From positions 35,402,001 to 35,466,000 of the forward strand of contig OX597823.1 in NCBI GenBank assembly GCA_951406725.2: a stretch of DNA of 64,000 bases. Direction: 5' to 3'. This DNA comes from Octopus vulgaris (lineage: Eukaryota). Shown one piece after another: positions 52,701 through 64,000 of the stretch; within the stretch, counting starts at the first letter, position 1; each line of letters begins with the position of its first letter. The notes under the pieces were generated by a model. The model was not told the origin of the DNA. It searched no databases and worked only from the letters and a program-made list of their open reading frames with translations. Made by a program: the position numbers and the translations under genes.

Positions 52701-53538
52701 AGAATGGGTGATGAAAAGTTTCTGGCTTTAAGGGTTTCGCGAAAGGGTAGAGCTTTACAACTTCACAACTACCCATATTACTTTAAAGTGAAAATTTATG
52801 TGTCAAGGTTTCGGACTGGTCATTTTGAGGTCACAGATGAACCCCGGTCAGGATAGCCAACTTTCGATATCAAAGACGATTTTGGACCGGTTTGCAGCGA
52901 ATGAGGCTGATTTTATGGCTTGTCTAATCACTATTGATGACACTTTGCTTCATCACTATGATCCCCATACCAAGAAGTTTCGGACCCAGGAGTCAGCTGG
53001 AAAGATACTGGCTTCAGTATTCTAGGACAAAGATTGAGTACTTCTCATAAAACATCTGCCAAAGGGTCGCACCATCAACGCAGAATACTATATGTCTCTG
53101 TTAGACGAACTGCATGAAGGTTTGAAGCAGAAATAGATAAACGCAGTGGAAAGCTGAGCTATGGTGTCCTGTTTTTGGAGGACAATGCACCAGCACACAC
53201 AGCACATAAAACTGTACAGAAAATGCGTGACTTTGGCTTCGAATTGGTAGGCCTCTCACTTTACTCTCCTGACTTGGCCACCTCCGACTATCAGCCCTTT
53301 CCACAACTGAAGAAACATCCCAAGAGAACGAAACTTCTCTTCGATTCAGAAGTGATTGCTGCTACAGAGACCTGCTTTAAGGCCCAACCTTCCGAGTTCT
53401 TTTTACAGAGCTTAGAACATCTGAAGGACCACTACAATAAGTGAAAGAGATTTATATTGAATAAAATATAAAATTATAATCAACTGATACCCAGTATGTT
53501 CTTTTACTCAAAGCCAGGAACGTTTCAGCATTCCCTCG

Positions 53539-53540
<2 letters not shown>
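52701..53540 (+). mobile_element. Mariner transposon remnant
   Basis: ITIDDT.LHHYDP, SAGKILASVF.D, EDNAPAH, YSPDLATSDY; TIR-like gaaaagtttctggcttt / aaagccaggaacgtttc...cctcg|TA. Confidence 0.9.
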
Positions 53541-53631
<91 letters not shown>

Positions 53632-53689
53632 GTATATATATACATATGTGTATATATATATGCGCATGTGTATGTATGTAAGTATGTAT

Positions 53690-54960
53690 ACGATATCATA
53701 ATCATTGGGACGGTAAAACAGGAAGACAGACGTAACATGTCCAACAAAAAGGAAGTAAACAATGAAAGACAACAGACCCAGACTGTAGAAATGTATAATA
53801 ATAAGCAAAATGCACCAAATCAATCAGAACATCACAGACAGAAATATAATATAACTGGGAGGGAATACGAAACAGATCTAAAACTTGGAAACAGCGAAGG
53901 TGAAACTAATGATTCTGATACTCTAAAAATGAGCATGATCAAAGAACTGAAAGCCACAGATCTCAGTATGGACTACCGATCGTACCTCCCAAGAATTAAA
54001 GTTCATAATAAAACAACACCAACAATAAATATCATGAACCTGGCCGTCACAGAACTAATATCCACAGAAACAAATGTCAATATGGCCAGGTTAAATGATA
54101 TAATAAATGTAGCGGCCTCGGTGGCCACAAAAGAAGCTGGATACCCCTCTCAAACCCATCCAAAGAGGAGTATCACCACCAAGCTCAGGACTCAAAGTAG
54201 AGACTGAAAAAGTTTTAATTGCAGCACAAGATCAAAGCCTCCATTCCAGAAATTACCAAAGCATTCAATGAAAAGAAATACAACTAAATGCAGAATATGT
54301 ACTGACGGAGAAGGAACAATAAATCATATTGTGTCTGGCTGCCCATTCCTGGCTAAGAAGGAATATATTCACAGACACGAGAGAGTTAGGACCTATATAC
54401 ACTGGAAGCTGTGCCAACACTACGTAATAACAACAGAAAAAAGATGGTATAGGCACACACCAGTAACGGTCACAGAAAATGAAAAAGCGACCATACTCTG
54501 GGAAATGCCAATACACGCAGATAGAAAAATTAAGGCCAATAGGCCGGATATAGTTGTCAGAGGTCATGGAGAAAAAAGAAATACTAATTGATGTGTCAAT
54601 GCCAACAGATGACAATATTTCTCTAAAAGAAACAGAGAAACCTTCAAAATACAAATACTTGGAAATAGAGGTAACTAGAATGTGGAGCCTAAAAACACAA
54701 ATAATCCCTAACATAGTAGACACATTAGGTATGATAAAAATATTCAGACAAATGCATAACAAAAACACCAGGACTGAGAAGTACATTTAACATACAGAAA
54801 ATAGCACTAGTAGACACCGCACACATCCTACGTAAAATACTTTCACTACAGTAAAAATGAGACCATCACAAGAAACTACAGCACATACCCAAGGTACACA
54901 GAACTGCACTGGGTAGTGCAGTGAAAGTACGCGATAAAAGTAAGAATACTGAATGAGGAT
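53690..54960 (+). mobile_element. R4/Dong-type element with internal deletion (N-terminus joined to zinc knuckle and RLE)
   Basis: AAQDQSL, CRIC...TINHIVSGCP...YIHRH, ANRPDIVV, LIDVSMP.D...EK.SKY; no RT; ends in (AAT)n. Confidence 0.85.
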
Positions 54961-55019
54961 AATAATAATAATAAGGTAATAATGATGATGATGATGATAA
55001 TAATAATAATTATAACAAT

Positions 55020-56445
55020 AGCAAGGTATGAAAAGCGAGTTAGAGTCTTGAAGGACAACAGTATGTTAAAAAATAACCCCAAAAAGTTTTACAGGAAGAT
55101 AGGGAAAACACCAGTTACAGTAAAGTCTGTCCCATCAAAAGATGTACAGGGATTTTGGAATAAAGTTTGGGTAGAAGAAAAAACACACAATGGAAAGGCA
55201 CATTGGATTGATAGAATATCTACAGACTTAGACTCCTAGGGGGAGCAAAAGTGGGAGGGTTTCAAGGTAGAAGATATAAGATCTGCTCTCAGGAGGTCAA
55301 GCAAATGGAAGTCTCCAGGAAGGATATAATTCCTAACTTCTAGTTGAATGTCTTCCCAGAGAGCCATGTACTGCTAACAGAAATTTACAACGATGTTTTG
55401 CAACACCCTAGTATGATGCCCTCTTGGCTAGTTAATGGTTTAACATTCCTGCTTCCAAAAAATGAAGAAACAAATGAACCAAAAAATTAAACATCCATAA
55501 TCTGCTTAACAGCAATGTATAACACGCTAACATCTGTCCTGACTGAATATACCTATAGTTTTTTAACAGAAAGCAGCATATTCCCCAATGAGCAAAAATG
55601 ATGTAAACATAGATCCTATGGTTGTAAAGACCAGCTACTCATCAATAAGATGATCTTAGAGGCTTGTCACAAACAACACAAAAACTTGTCAACAGCCTGG
55701 ATAGACTATAAAAAAGCTTTTGATAGTCTACCACATAGCTGTATTAAGAAATGTCTGGAAATCTATAAAATAGCGCCTACTCTGCAAAACTTTTTGTCTG
55801 TAAGTATGAGATCATGGAGAACCACACTTACTTTGAACAGTGACAATGAATCTCTAAATGGTGGTGATGTAAAAATTTCATGTGGCATTTTCCAGGGTGA
55901 CTCACTATCACCACTCCTCTTTTGTTTAGCCTTACTACCTCTCTCGAAATTGCTCAATGATGTACAGTACGGATATAAAATGTTTGACAAAAATATATAT
56001 CATTTCATTTAAATGGATGATATAAAACTCTTTGCAAAAACTGACCAACAACTTAAGGGCTTACTAGCGATTGTTAAACAATTCAGTGATGACATCAGAA
56101 TGCAATTTGGCCTCGATAAATGTGCAAAAGCTAACTTTATCGAAGGAAAAATGACAGAAACATCTAACGTTAACCTTAACCAGCAGAATGTCGTAGAAGA
56201 GTTAGACACAGTGGAGAGCTACAAATACCTAGGGGTACTTGAAAGGGACGGAATCAGGCATTTAGTGATGAGGGAAAGGATCAACAGAGAATGTTATCGC
56301 AGAGTGAGAGCAATACTCAAGTCAGAGCTGAATGCAAGAAACAGGATCGAAGCGATCAATTCCATACCAGTCATTAACTGGTCAATTACTGAAATATGTA
56401 ATTTTGACAGAAAAATACGAAAACTGTCGACAATGCATAGAATGT
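55020..56445 (+). mobile_element. R4/Dong-type RT region, degraded
   Basis: WKSPG, GCKDQLLINK, AWIDYKKAFDSLPH, GIFQGDSLSPLLF, MDDIKLFA, FGLDKCAK, YKYLG. Confidence 0.9.
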
Positions 56446-56815
56446 CAATAGTATGTCTAAATGCTCAACCTTATCAAGGATTACAATATGTACGAGGAGT
56501 AGAGACAAAAATGATGCTATGACCAACCTACAAAAAACACGCGCGCATTATCGATGGACAAGGAGGCTTGTAGTGAAATTTATCTTGTGGGTTATATACA
56601 ATACCTACATTATCTTCCAGTCACTCGATCCAGAAAATGCTAAGTACACCTTCCGATAATGTCTGGATGAGCACAACCTGGATCTGGTAGGTGAATACAG
56701 AAGTAAAGTTGTCCGCCGTGAATCCAGAGAACATGAAGTGCCTGCTCGACTCCTAAACGTTGGATTGCACCATCCAGAGGTACCCGGGGGGTGGATCCAC
56801 TTCTGCAAACGCAAA
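56446..56815 (+). pseudogene. piggyBac transposase C-terminal fragment
   Basis: IKDYNMY / GV / DKNDAM...RWTRRL...NTYII...LDLVGEY...ARLLNVGLHHP resembles the YN..MGGVD..D and RL..HFP motifs; frameshifted. Confidence 0.65.
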
Positions 56816-56829
56816 TAGTGAATCAAATA

Positions 56830-57225
56830 AAGGCGGCGAGCTGGCAGAATCGTTAGCATGCCGGGCGAAATTCTTAGCGGTATTTCGTCTGCCGCTACGT
56901 TCTGAGTTCAAATTCCGCCGAGGTCGACTTTGCCTTTCATCCTTTCGGGGTCGATTAAATAAGTACCAGTTACGCACTGGGGTCGATATAATCGACTTAA
57001 TCCGTTTGTCTGTCCTTGTTTGTCCTCTCTGTGTTTAGTAAAGAAATAGGTATTTCGTCTGACCTAAGTTCTGAGTTCAAATTCCGCCAAAGTCGATTTT
57101 ACCTTTCATTCTTTTGGGGTCGATAAAATAGCTATCAGTTGAGTAGTGGGAGAGGGGCGATGTAATCGACTTACTTCAGCCCATTCCGAAATTGCTGGCC
57201 TTGTGCCAAAATTTGAAATCAATAT
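56830..57225 (+). mobile_element. Two tandem SINE family A copies (56830-57048 and 57049-57225)
   Basis: Head and core repeated; the second copy lacks its 5' end. Confidence 0.85.
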
Positions 57226-57489
57226 CTAGCTTAGCTCGCTATAAACGGATTAACTGAAGAATATTCAGCCGAGAATCCAACACGTGGATTTGGTTTGACG
57301 GAAAATGAAGTTTTATTTTTCTGTGTGTCTAACAAAATAACATTAGAGAAAACATGAAGTCGGTTTCAGTTGATATAAAGCCTGTAATGATGAAAATAAA
57401 ATGATCCTTTCATGGGATGAGTTGTTCTATCGTCTCTTAACTAGATTCATGAAAGGTCAGATAAATCTCCACATCAATTAGTTTATAAA

Positions 57490-58080
57490 GTTCTATATTT
57501 AAGAGATGGGGAATTACGTACAAAGACGAAACATGCCGTTTCCTCAAAATAAGGGAAGAGGAACATCGCAAAGCTGTGACATGAGGAGATATTGATAAAT
57601 CGTGTATGCTGATCATGAATGGAAAAATGGAAACCACCTCCCCCTGTGGGATGAAGTTAAAATAATAGATAGGGAACAGCACTGGAAAATACGAAAACTA
57701 AAAGAAGCAGCACATATGCTAGGACACAACAACCCCCTAAGAAGACCGAGTGTAGATATGAGTAGCATATGGGAACCGGTATTATGGAAGGATAGGATAA
57801 TATTAGATTTATAAGCCCTAAAATTCACTCCATAATTGCCCACGGGCATATGGCATAGTAGTTAAGAGCGCGGGCTACTAATCCCAAGATTCCTAGTTCG
57901 ATTACAGGCAGTGACCTGAATGATAATAATAATAATAACATCGAAAAATACCTTAGGAGTATGAACAGGTTCGAAATTTCCTCAAGACATGATGAAAGCT
58001 GGAGGGTATATCAGCCGAAACGTTGTGTTAACAACAAAGAAGAAAAGGACAAATATCCGTCAAGTGTAAATAATGTATGA
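57490..58080 (+). mobile_element. PLE 3' end: GIY-YIG C-terminus and pseudo-LTR with tRNA-like and hammerhead-like motifs
   Basis: R.EEHRKAV, HEWKNGNHLPLWDEVKIIDREQHWKIRKLKEAAHM...IWEPVL; tgatgaaagctg...cagccgaaacgtt. Confidence 0.8.
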
Positions 58081-58797
58081 ATTAGTTTGATTGATCAGTT
58101 TTCTGTCCCAGCGACACGAGCAGATTCTCCAGAGGAAACACAATTAAAAGCATTTATCTATATAATTCAATTGCTAATCCGATGAAACAGGACAGTCGTG
58201 GGAGCGCTAGAGATGTCATATGAACGATATGATTCATATATTTTTTGCCTCTGTCATATACAAGTAAATATCAGAATACGGGTGAGGAAGAAACATCTGT
58301 TCAACAATCATAACTAATGATGTCTAAGGTCGATGTCAATACGAATTGCCGAGGCCGAGTTTTAAACATTGTCCTCTTATAACAAATCTGTTTCTCTCCT
58401 CAACTCATTCTTTCTCTCGATGCCTCCATCTCCTTCACACATTTGTATAGAACCATTAGTATGTATATGTCTATGTGAGCGTGTGGGTTTGCGTGGGGTG
58501 TGTATGTCAGTGCATGCAGTGTATTTATGTATGTGTTCGTGCATATATATAGACAGAAATAGGGGGAGAGAAGAGAGAATCTGTGCGTATGAGAGAGTGT
58601 AAGAGAGAGAACGATATTCATGTATAGTTATAAATTGACATATATAACACACACACAGGCGTTCATCTATGTATGTATACACATATGTATGTATGTATAT
58701 CATTATTCAGTTTTAGTTAAACATTTCTTGCCAATAGAGCGAGTCGGTTTCTAACCTAGATCTAAGGTTCCTTCATTGGAATTTCATCATCAACAGG

Positions 58798-58931
58798 GTA
58801 TGTATGTATGTATGTATGTATGTATGTATGTATGTATGTATGTATGTATGTATGTATGTATGTATGTATGTATGTATGTATGTATGTATGTATGTATGTA
58901 TGCATGCATGCATGCATGCATGTGTGTGTGT
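58798..58931. repeat. (TATG)n-(CATG)n microsatellite
   Basis: Direct reading. Confidence 0.95.
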
Positions 58932-61900
58932 GATAGATATATAGATAGATTTAATAACCTACAAAGCAGTGTTGCTACTAACTATTTATTTGTCGTCTGT
59001 ACACACTAGAAAATTGCCATTTAAAACGTGTCGTTGTATGGATCTGGTGTTAAGCGATCGATATTGTGACTGCCTTTCTCCGACACATCAAAAAAATGTG
59101 TTTGCTGTAATTCTTTAATAGACACGATACATGGATATTTATATCAAATAAAATGGCATGTTTCCATTATCTTACTTATATTAATTAGTTTGTTGGTCCC
59201 AGACGATAGGAAGGTTAATAGCCATGTCGGGATGTGTAGAATAACGAATTCCAGGAATCAAACGAGATGTTAACAAGCACATAAGTTTGTTTACCCACTC
59301 TATTCTCTTCTACCACCTTTTCTGTACGCTGTAGTTACAGACCACGAAAGAGCAATTATGCAGTTGTTTATCCTGCTAGAAATAAAAGTCCAGCTCTTTC
59401 AAACCACATATGAAAATAGGAAAAAAGATTATTTGATTCTTAAGTCCAATATCCTTCTAAATGTGAAATTGTCACGGGTGGAATTAACATGTCTGCTAGG
59501 ATTAAACTTCAGGATTAACAACAGAAACAGTTTAAAATAACCCTACGAAAGAGACCCTATGTAGCATCTGACATTCTAGAAATATTAACCTGCTTCGAAT
59601 CACACCTTGAAGATGTTAAAATAAGTAGGCCTCAGATGATGTAAGTTTAGATACATTATGCCTGAATAAAGTACGACATGGGGTTGGAAAGTCTTTAATG
59701 AATTAGTGCTAACATGGAGTCCAATTTTACAGGCAATACCTAAACAATTTACTGCAATATTTTGTATAAATAGCCAATTCCAGAAATATGTTGCCAAACT
59801 CACTAAACAACATAACTTATTATTCACTAAAATAAGCAATCAATAGCACATTTAATACTGAATACTACGTCTAACTCTAATACAACACAAATATAACTAA
59901 CAATACATCATTCAATGGTCAACCACATATATAAGAACATCCTCGTTAAACTATATCTCACCAAACTAATTCCATAATCCTGATGTATCACATTGTTGAG
60001 CAATGGACTTCTAGAATAATTAAATCGTAAGGCACGAATTAATGTCGTACGATATTTGTGTTCATAATTTGTTGACTTTAAATCCCATTGAGGTCAACTT
60101 TGCAGTATCAATAAAATAAAGTATCAGTCACCTGCAGAGATCCACTTAATTGACTGACACACTTCATAACTTTCAGGCCATCTGATTATGTTATAAATAA
60201 CTATTATTTGTCACAATGCTACATTCGTATTACTAACGATTGAACAAACTATACCGCTGACCTCCTATGACATTGTAAACATAACTCAGCATCCATCACA
60301 AGATATCATTGCTATAAAATACTTTCTACCGTTACATACATAACTAACTATCTACCATCTATCATCTACCTCAAGGGGGAACAGTGCACTAAGGACATCA
60401 ATGCATAACATACATTGATTAGCATTGCACCAAAGATACATCAAACTTCTTGGTCATTGCCCACGCCTATCACAGCACATTATCCACGTTAATAACAATC
60501 TCATAGACTCATAACTATTCATCTTACATCAGCTTATCTGATCATGTACCACAATAATTCCCCATATACATAACCATCTCTACAGCACACATATAAAGAA
60601 CAATCTACCTTAGAATACCGTCCAGACAAAGAAATATCTATCACTATACACCGCCCACAAACAGCTATCATAAATATCACATGACCTTTACCAGTTCACC
60701 CTGTTCATAAATACTTCAGAAAAATAACTCAACACAGAGAAAACTCAGGAATTGTATTTATTGATTTTATTCTCAAATTCTCAGCTCTGCACTAAATGCA
60801 TTTGAAAGTGTTGCTGTGCTCCTCCGCCGCCCTCTTTTCATTCTATAGTCAATGACCTACTTGCTGCCATACCGCAACTCTCTTATGAAGATAACAATAG
60901 GATCCCTCATTTCTTCTTATCCTGCCCCAACTATATTTCATCTACAGATAATCTAGATATCACACTCCTTTTAACTTGATTTACAAATGGAGACCTTCAG
61001 AGTATCCTCCAGTGGGTGCCATGTCAATCATATCTTTTTGAACAACCACCAAATAACTTGAGCATTCATATCAATAAAATACCCATCTACTATAAATAAA
61101 TATTAATGGCACTTACAGCACCCACGTTCGCTACAAATACTGGAACATACTATCGCCGAAGATGTTTCCTATCCTAGTGAAAGCACAGCCTTAGCATAGC
61201 TAGGACTACATTCCCAAAAGTGGGACTTCTCTTCAGGGCCAGAAAATATTTCAGCTCTGAACAGCTATTGATATTCTACGTGTTTCAAGTGAAGCCCACA
61301 GTGGAGTGCCGCTCCCAAATTTGGCACCGTGCTACTGTCACACACACAGACATCCAGGACTGCATCCAGAAACCATCCACTCAATTAGCTGAAATTTAAC
61401 CACCTCTCTCTCCTTCATTTCTTTTGCTACTATAACGTTGTCTGTTCTTCAGTTTTTGCTGATCTCGTCCTTCCATATTCATGTATCTCTACCCACTCAC
61501 TCTTCACCTTTAGTCAGCCTCTCCCTGTAATAACCGGTATGCCCTCTCTTTCCCTTCACAGAATATTTATCCCTCTGAAACCTTCACCCTGCCGGTGTTA
61601 ACCCGCAATAATTGAAATGGAACATTACTGGCACTGAGTTCACTGGTCTCGGACAACCTATAAAGGTCATGAGAAAATTCCTTTCTCTTGATTCGGCGAG
61701 TAAAAACACCAGAACTTGACATTCAACAATTAGATAATAGCAGCAAAGCAAGAAAAAATTGTTGCTACTTGAACACTGACCGCCCAGTAACCAAGACTAC
61801 ACTAATCTCAGTCTAGACAGTCAGCGGTGATTTCGCAAATAAACAAGACATATCCAAACAACAACAAATGGACAAACATTTGTTCCCAACATAAATCACA

Positions 61901-62759
61901 AAACAAACAATGAAATACAATATACAGAGAAAGATTAGCAACATCAGCAACTGCAACAACAGTTACACACAACATGGCATGGCACAATAACAAACTTAAA
62001 TAATTTATTATATTGCTACATTGAGTACTTTTCTTGTTAGATATTTTCTGAAAATCAGTCGCCAATGACTACGCAAAGAAGACAGAATCACAAAACGAAA
62101 TCATACCCAGATTCCATCTGACATTGACGAAGTATTATAGAAGCCTAAAACTCAAAAAGACAGAATTTCACGAAAATAGACCTTAAACACCTTGGAGCTG
62201 AAGGAATAATTGCACTCACCAGTATGTACGCCTACGAACAATGTAAAATTTCTTGAATTTAGAAACTAGAAAAATTATATGTTGAAATTCCCTGAAAATC
62301 CAAACTAAACTCACATCCCATACCCATTCCGGGCCGATTAAAAGATGCGAAGATCTCAAAATTTCCCAAAATGGATACTAAAGCGCATGTATTGCAAATC
62401 TTGTCCAGTTCACGTCTATTTATACACTTCACTTCCAAGGCTCATATCGTGGTGAAAAGTGAAGGAGGGGAAAACAGAATCAGATTATTTACCCATTTAG
62501 TAGTTCCGAAGACCGGACAACTCGATCTTGATTGAATTTTGAGTTTCCTTTGACAAGCCAAGAGCTGGCCCTCGGATTTCCACATTAAGGAAATCTTCAT
62601 CAAAAATTTATGTCTCCGAGTGCTGCCATATTAATTTTTAATGTTTCGGTACTTTGAAAGTTTTGGCACCTGAATGTTTTCCATTTTTTATTTATATTCC
62701 TTATCAGCACAAAGTTTGGGGCAGGTGTGCTTCCTTGGTGTTGATAATAGACTTTCCAA

Positions 62760-63050
62760 TACCATCTGATAAGATGTGGGTACCAAACAAACTGAGAAAT
62801 ATCAGGAACTAGCCAGGGAGAGGAAGAGATGGTGGAAGAATAAGATGACAATCATTTCTGCGGTAAGTGGTGAGATTGGCATTACACACAAACGGCTATC
62901 TAAGAGGCTTAGGGATACTGGAGTCAAGACTTGTATTGGTAAACTGCAAAAGTGCAATCCTGTATTCTGCAAAAATCCTGAAAAAGATTCAAGAAATTTG
63001 TGAAGACTTCTCACAAAACCTTGACAAAAAAAACCAGGTAAAGGATGATG
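62760..63050 (+). mobile_element. RLE-type LINE C-terminal fragment
   Basis: EKYQELARE.KRWW...LQK.AILYSAKILKK; followed by (GAT/AAT)n. Confidence 0.6.
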
Positions 63051-63066
63051 ATGATGATAATAATAA

Positions 63067-63600
63067 ATGCCCTGATGCAGTACCAGCCATTGGCTCTCAT
63101 GGGTTCTGATCTTTATTGATCTTTACGTTATCATGTACATGTTTTGTCTTGGTATGAAAAAAAAAAGCTGGGCTACAGCACATATTCTGCTCAATACCAC
63201 AGATTTGCTTGACCTTAACCAGTTGAGTATGCCCCTTAGTAGCTGAGGATATGTGCATCCCTGATCACAAGTAGAAATAGTGGGGGAGCCCAATAGCCAT
63301 GTGTTGAGAGGAATTGGGATGGTTAAATAATTATCCCCAGGAAACAGGTGTTTTTTGTTCCATATCCTTAAACAGTCCTTATTCATGGGCTTCTCGATCT
63401 GAAAACATTCTTACTGGGCCCCATCTGCAAGGTCATGCGCTATTTATCTTGATATGAAAACACCATGACGCACACATATGGTTGTGTTGCATGTGCCTGG
63501 TGAACCGTTATCAAACAGGTAGTGATGATGGATGTATTGGGTTTCGTATATTTGTACCGCAGTGTCACTTTGGTGGTATGCACTGCTCTCTCACTCACTA

Positions 63601-63643
<43 letters not shown>

Positions 63644-64000
63644 CATCATGCCCTGATGCAGTACCGGGCAGTGGCTCCCGTGGCTTCTGATCTTAACTGA
63701 TTGGAAGTGCTATCATGTACATTGCTTTGTTAAGGTATAAAAGATGGGCTACAGCAAATATTCTGCTCAATACCACATATTTGCTTGTCAGTTGTTTGAC
63801 CTTAATCAGTTGACCATGTCCCTTAGTGGCTGACGATATGTGCATCTCTGTTCATGAGCAGAAGTAGTGGGGGAGCATCATAGCCATGTGTTGAGAGGGA
63901 TTCTTTGGGGTTTGAATAATTCACCTCTGGAAACATGGGTGTTTCGTTGAACGTCCTTAAACAACCTTTTGAGCGAGATGGGTTACTCGACCAGAAGAAA
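63067..64000. mobile_element. Two tandem copies of a ~530-bp non-coding repeat separated by (TAA)n (63067-63597 and 63648-end)
   Basis: Both begin atgccctgatgcagtacc and align over more than 300 bp. Confidence 0.8.

Noticed and set aside
59850-62300. Ancient LINE remnant (A/C-skewed sequence)
   Set aside because: Composition is suggestive but I could not recover diagnostic endonuclease or RT motifs

Overview
AT-rich animal genomic DNA, almost entirely transposon remnants and microsatellites. The SINE families and microsatellite load suggest an octopod cephalopod (inference). No host protein-coding gene could be called. Recognisable content: at least six Penelope-like element (PLE) remnants, several with minimal hammerhead ribozymes and inverted pseudo-LTRs; a Mag-type Gypsy remnant; R4/Dong-type, RTE and Tx1/L1-type LINE fragments; mariner, piggyBac, MITE and Helitron remnants; and three SINE families. 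The most notable feature is a family of ~1.7-1.9 kb retroelements that encode only an ORF1/Gag-like protein (RRM-like region, CCHC knuckle and an unrecognised C-terminal domain). Five divergent copies occur here. One has a poly(A) tail and a 17-bp target-site duplication. They nest in each other, stack head-to-tail at reused target sequences, and share a 3' tail with both a Tx1-type LINE and a SINE. Coordinates were read by eye and element boundaries are approximate unless a motif is quoted.
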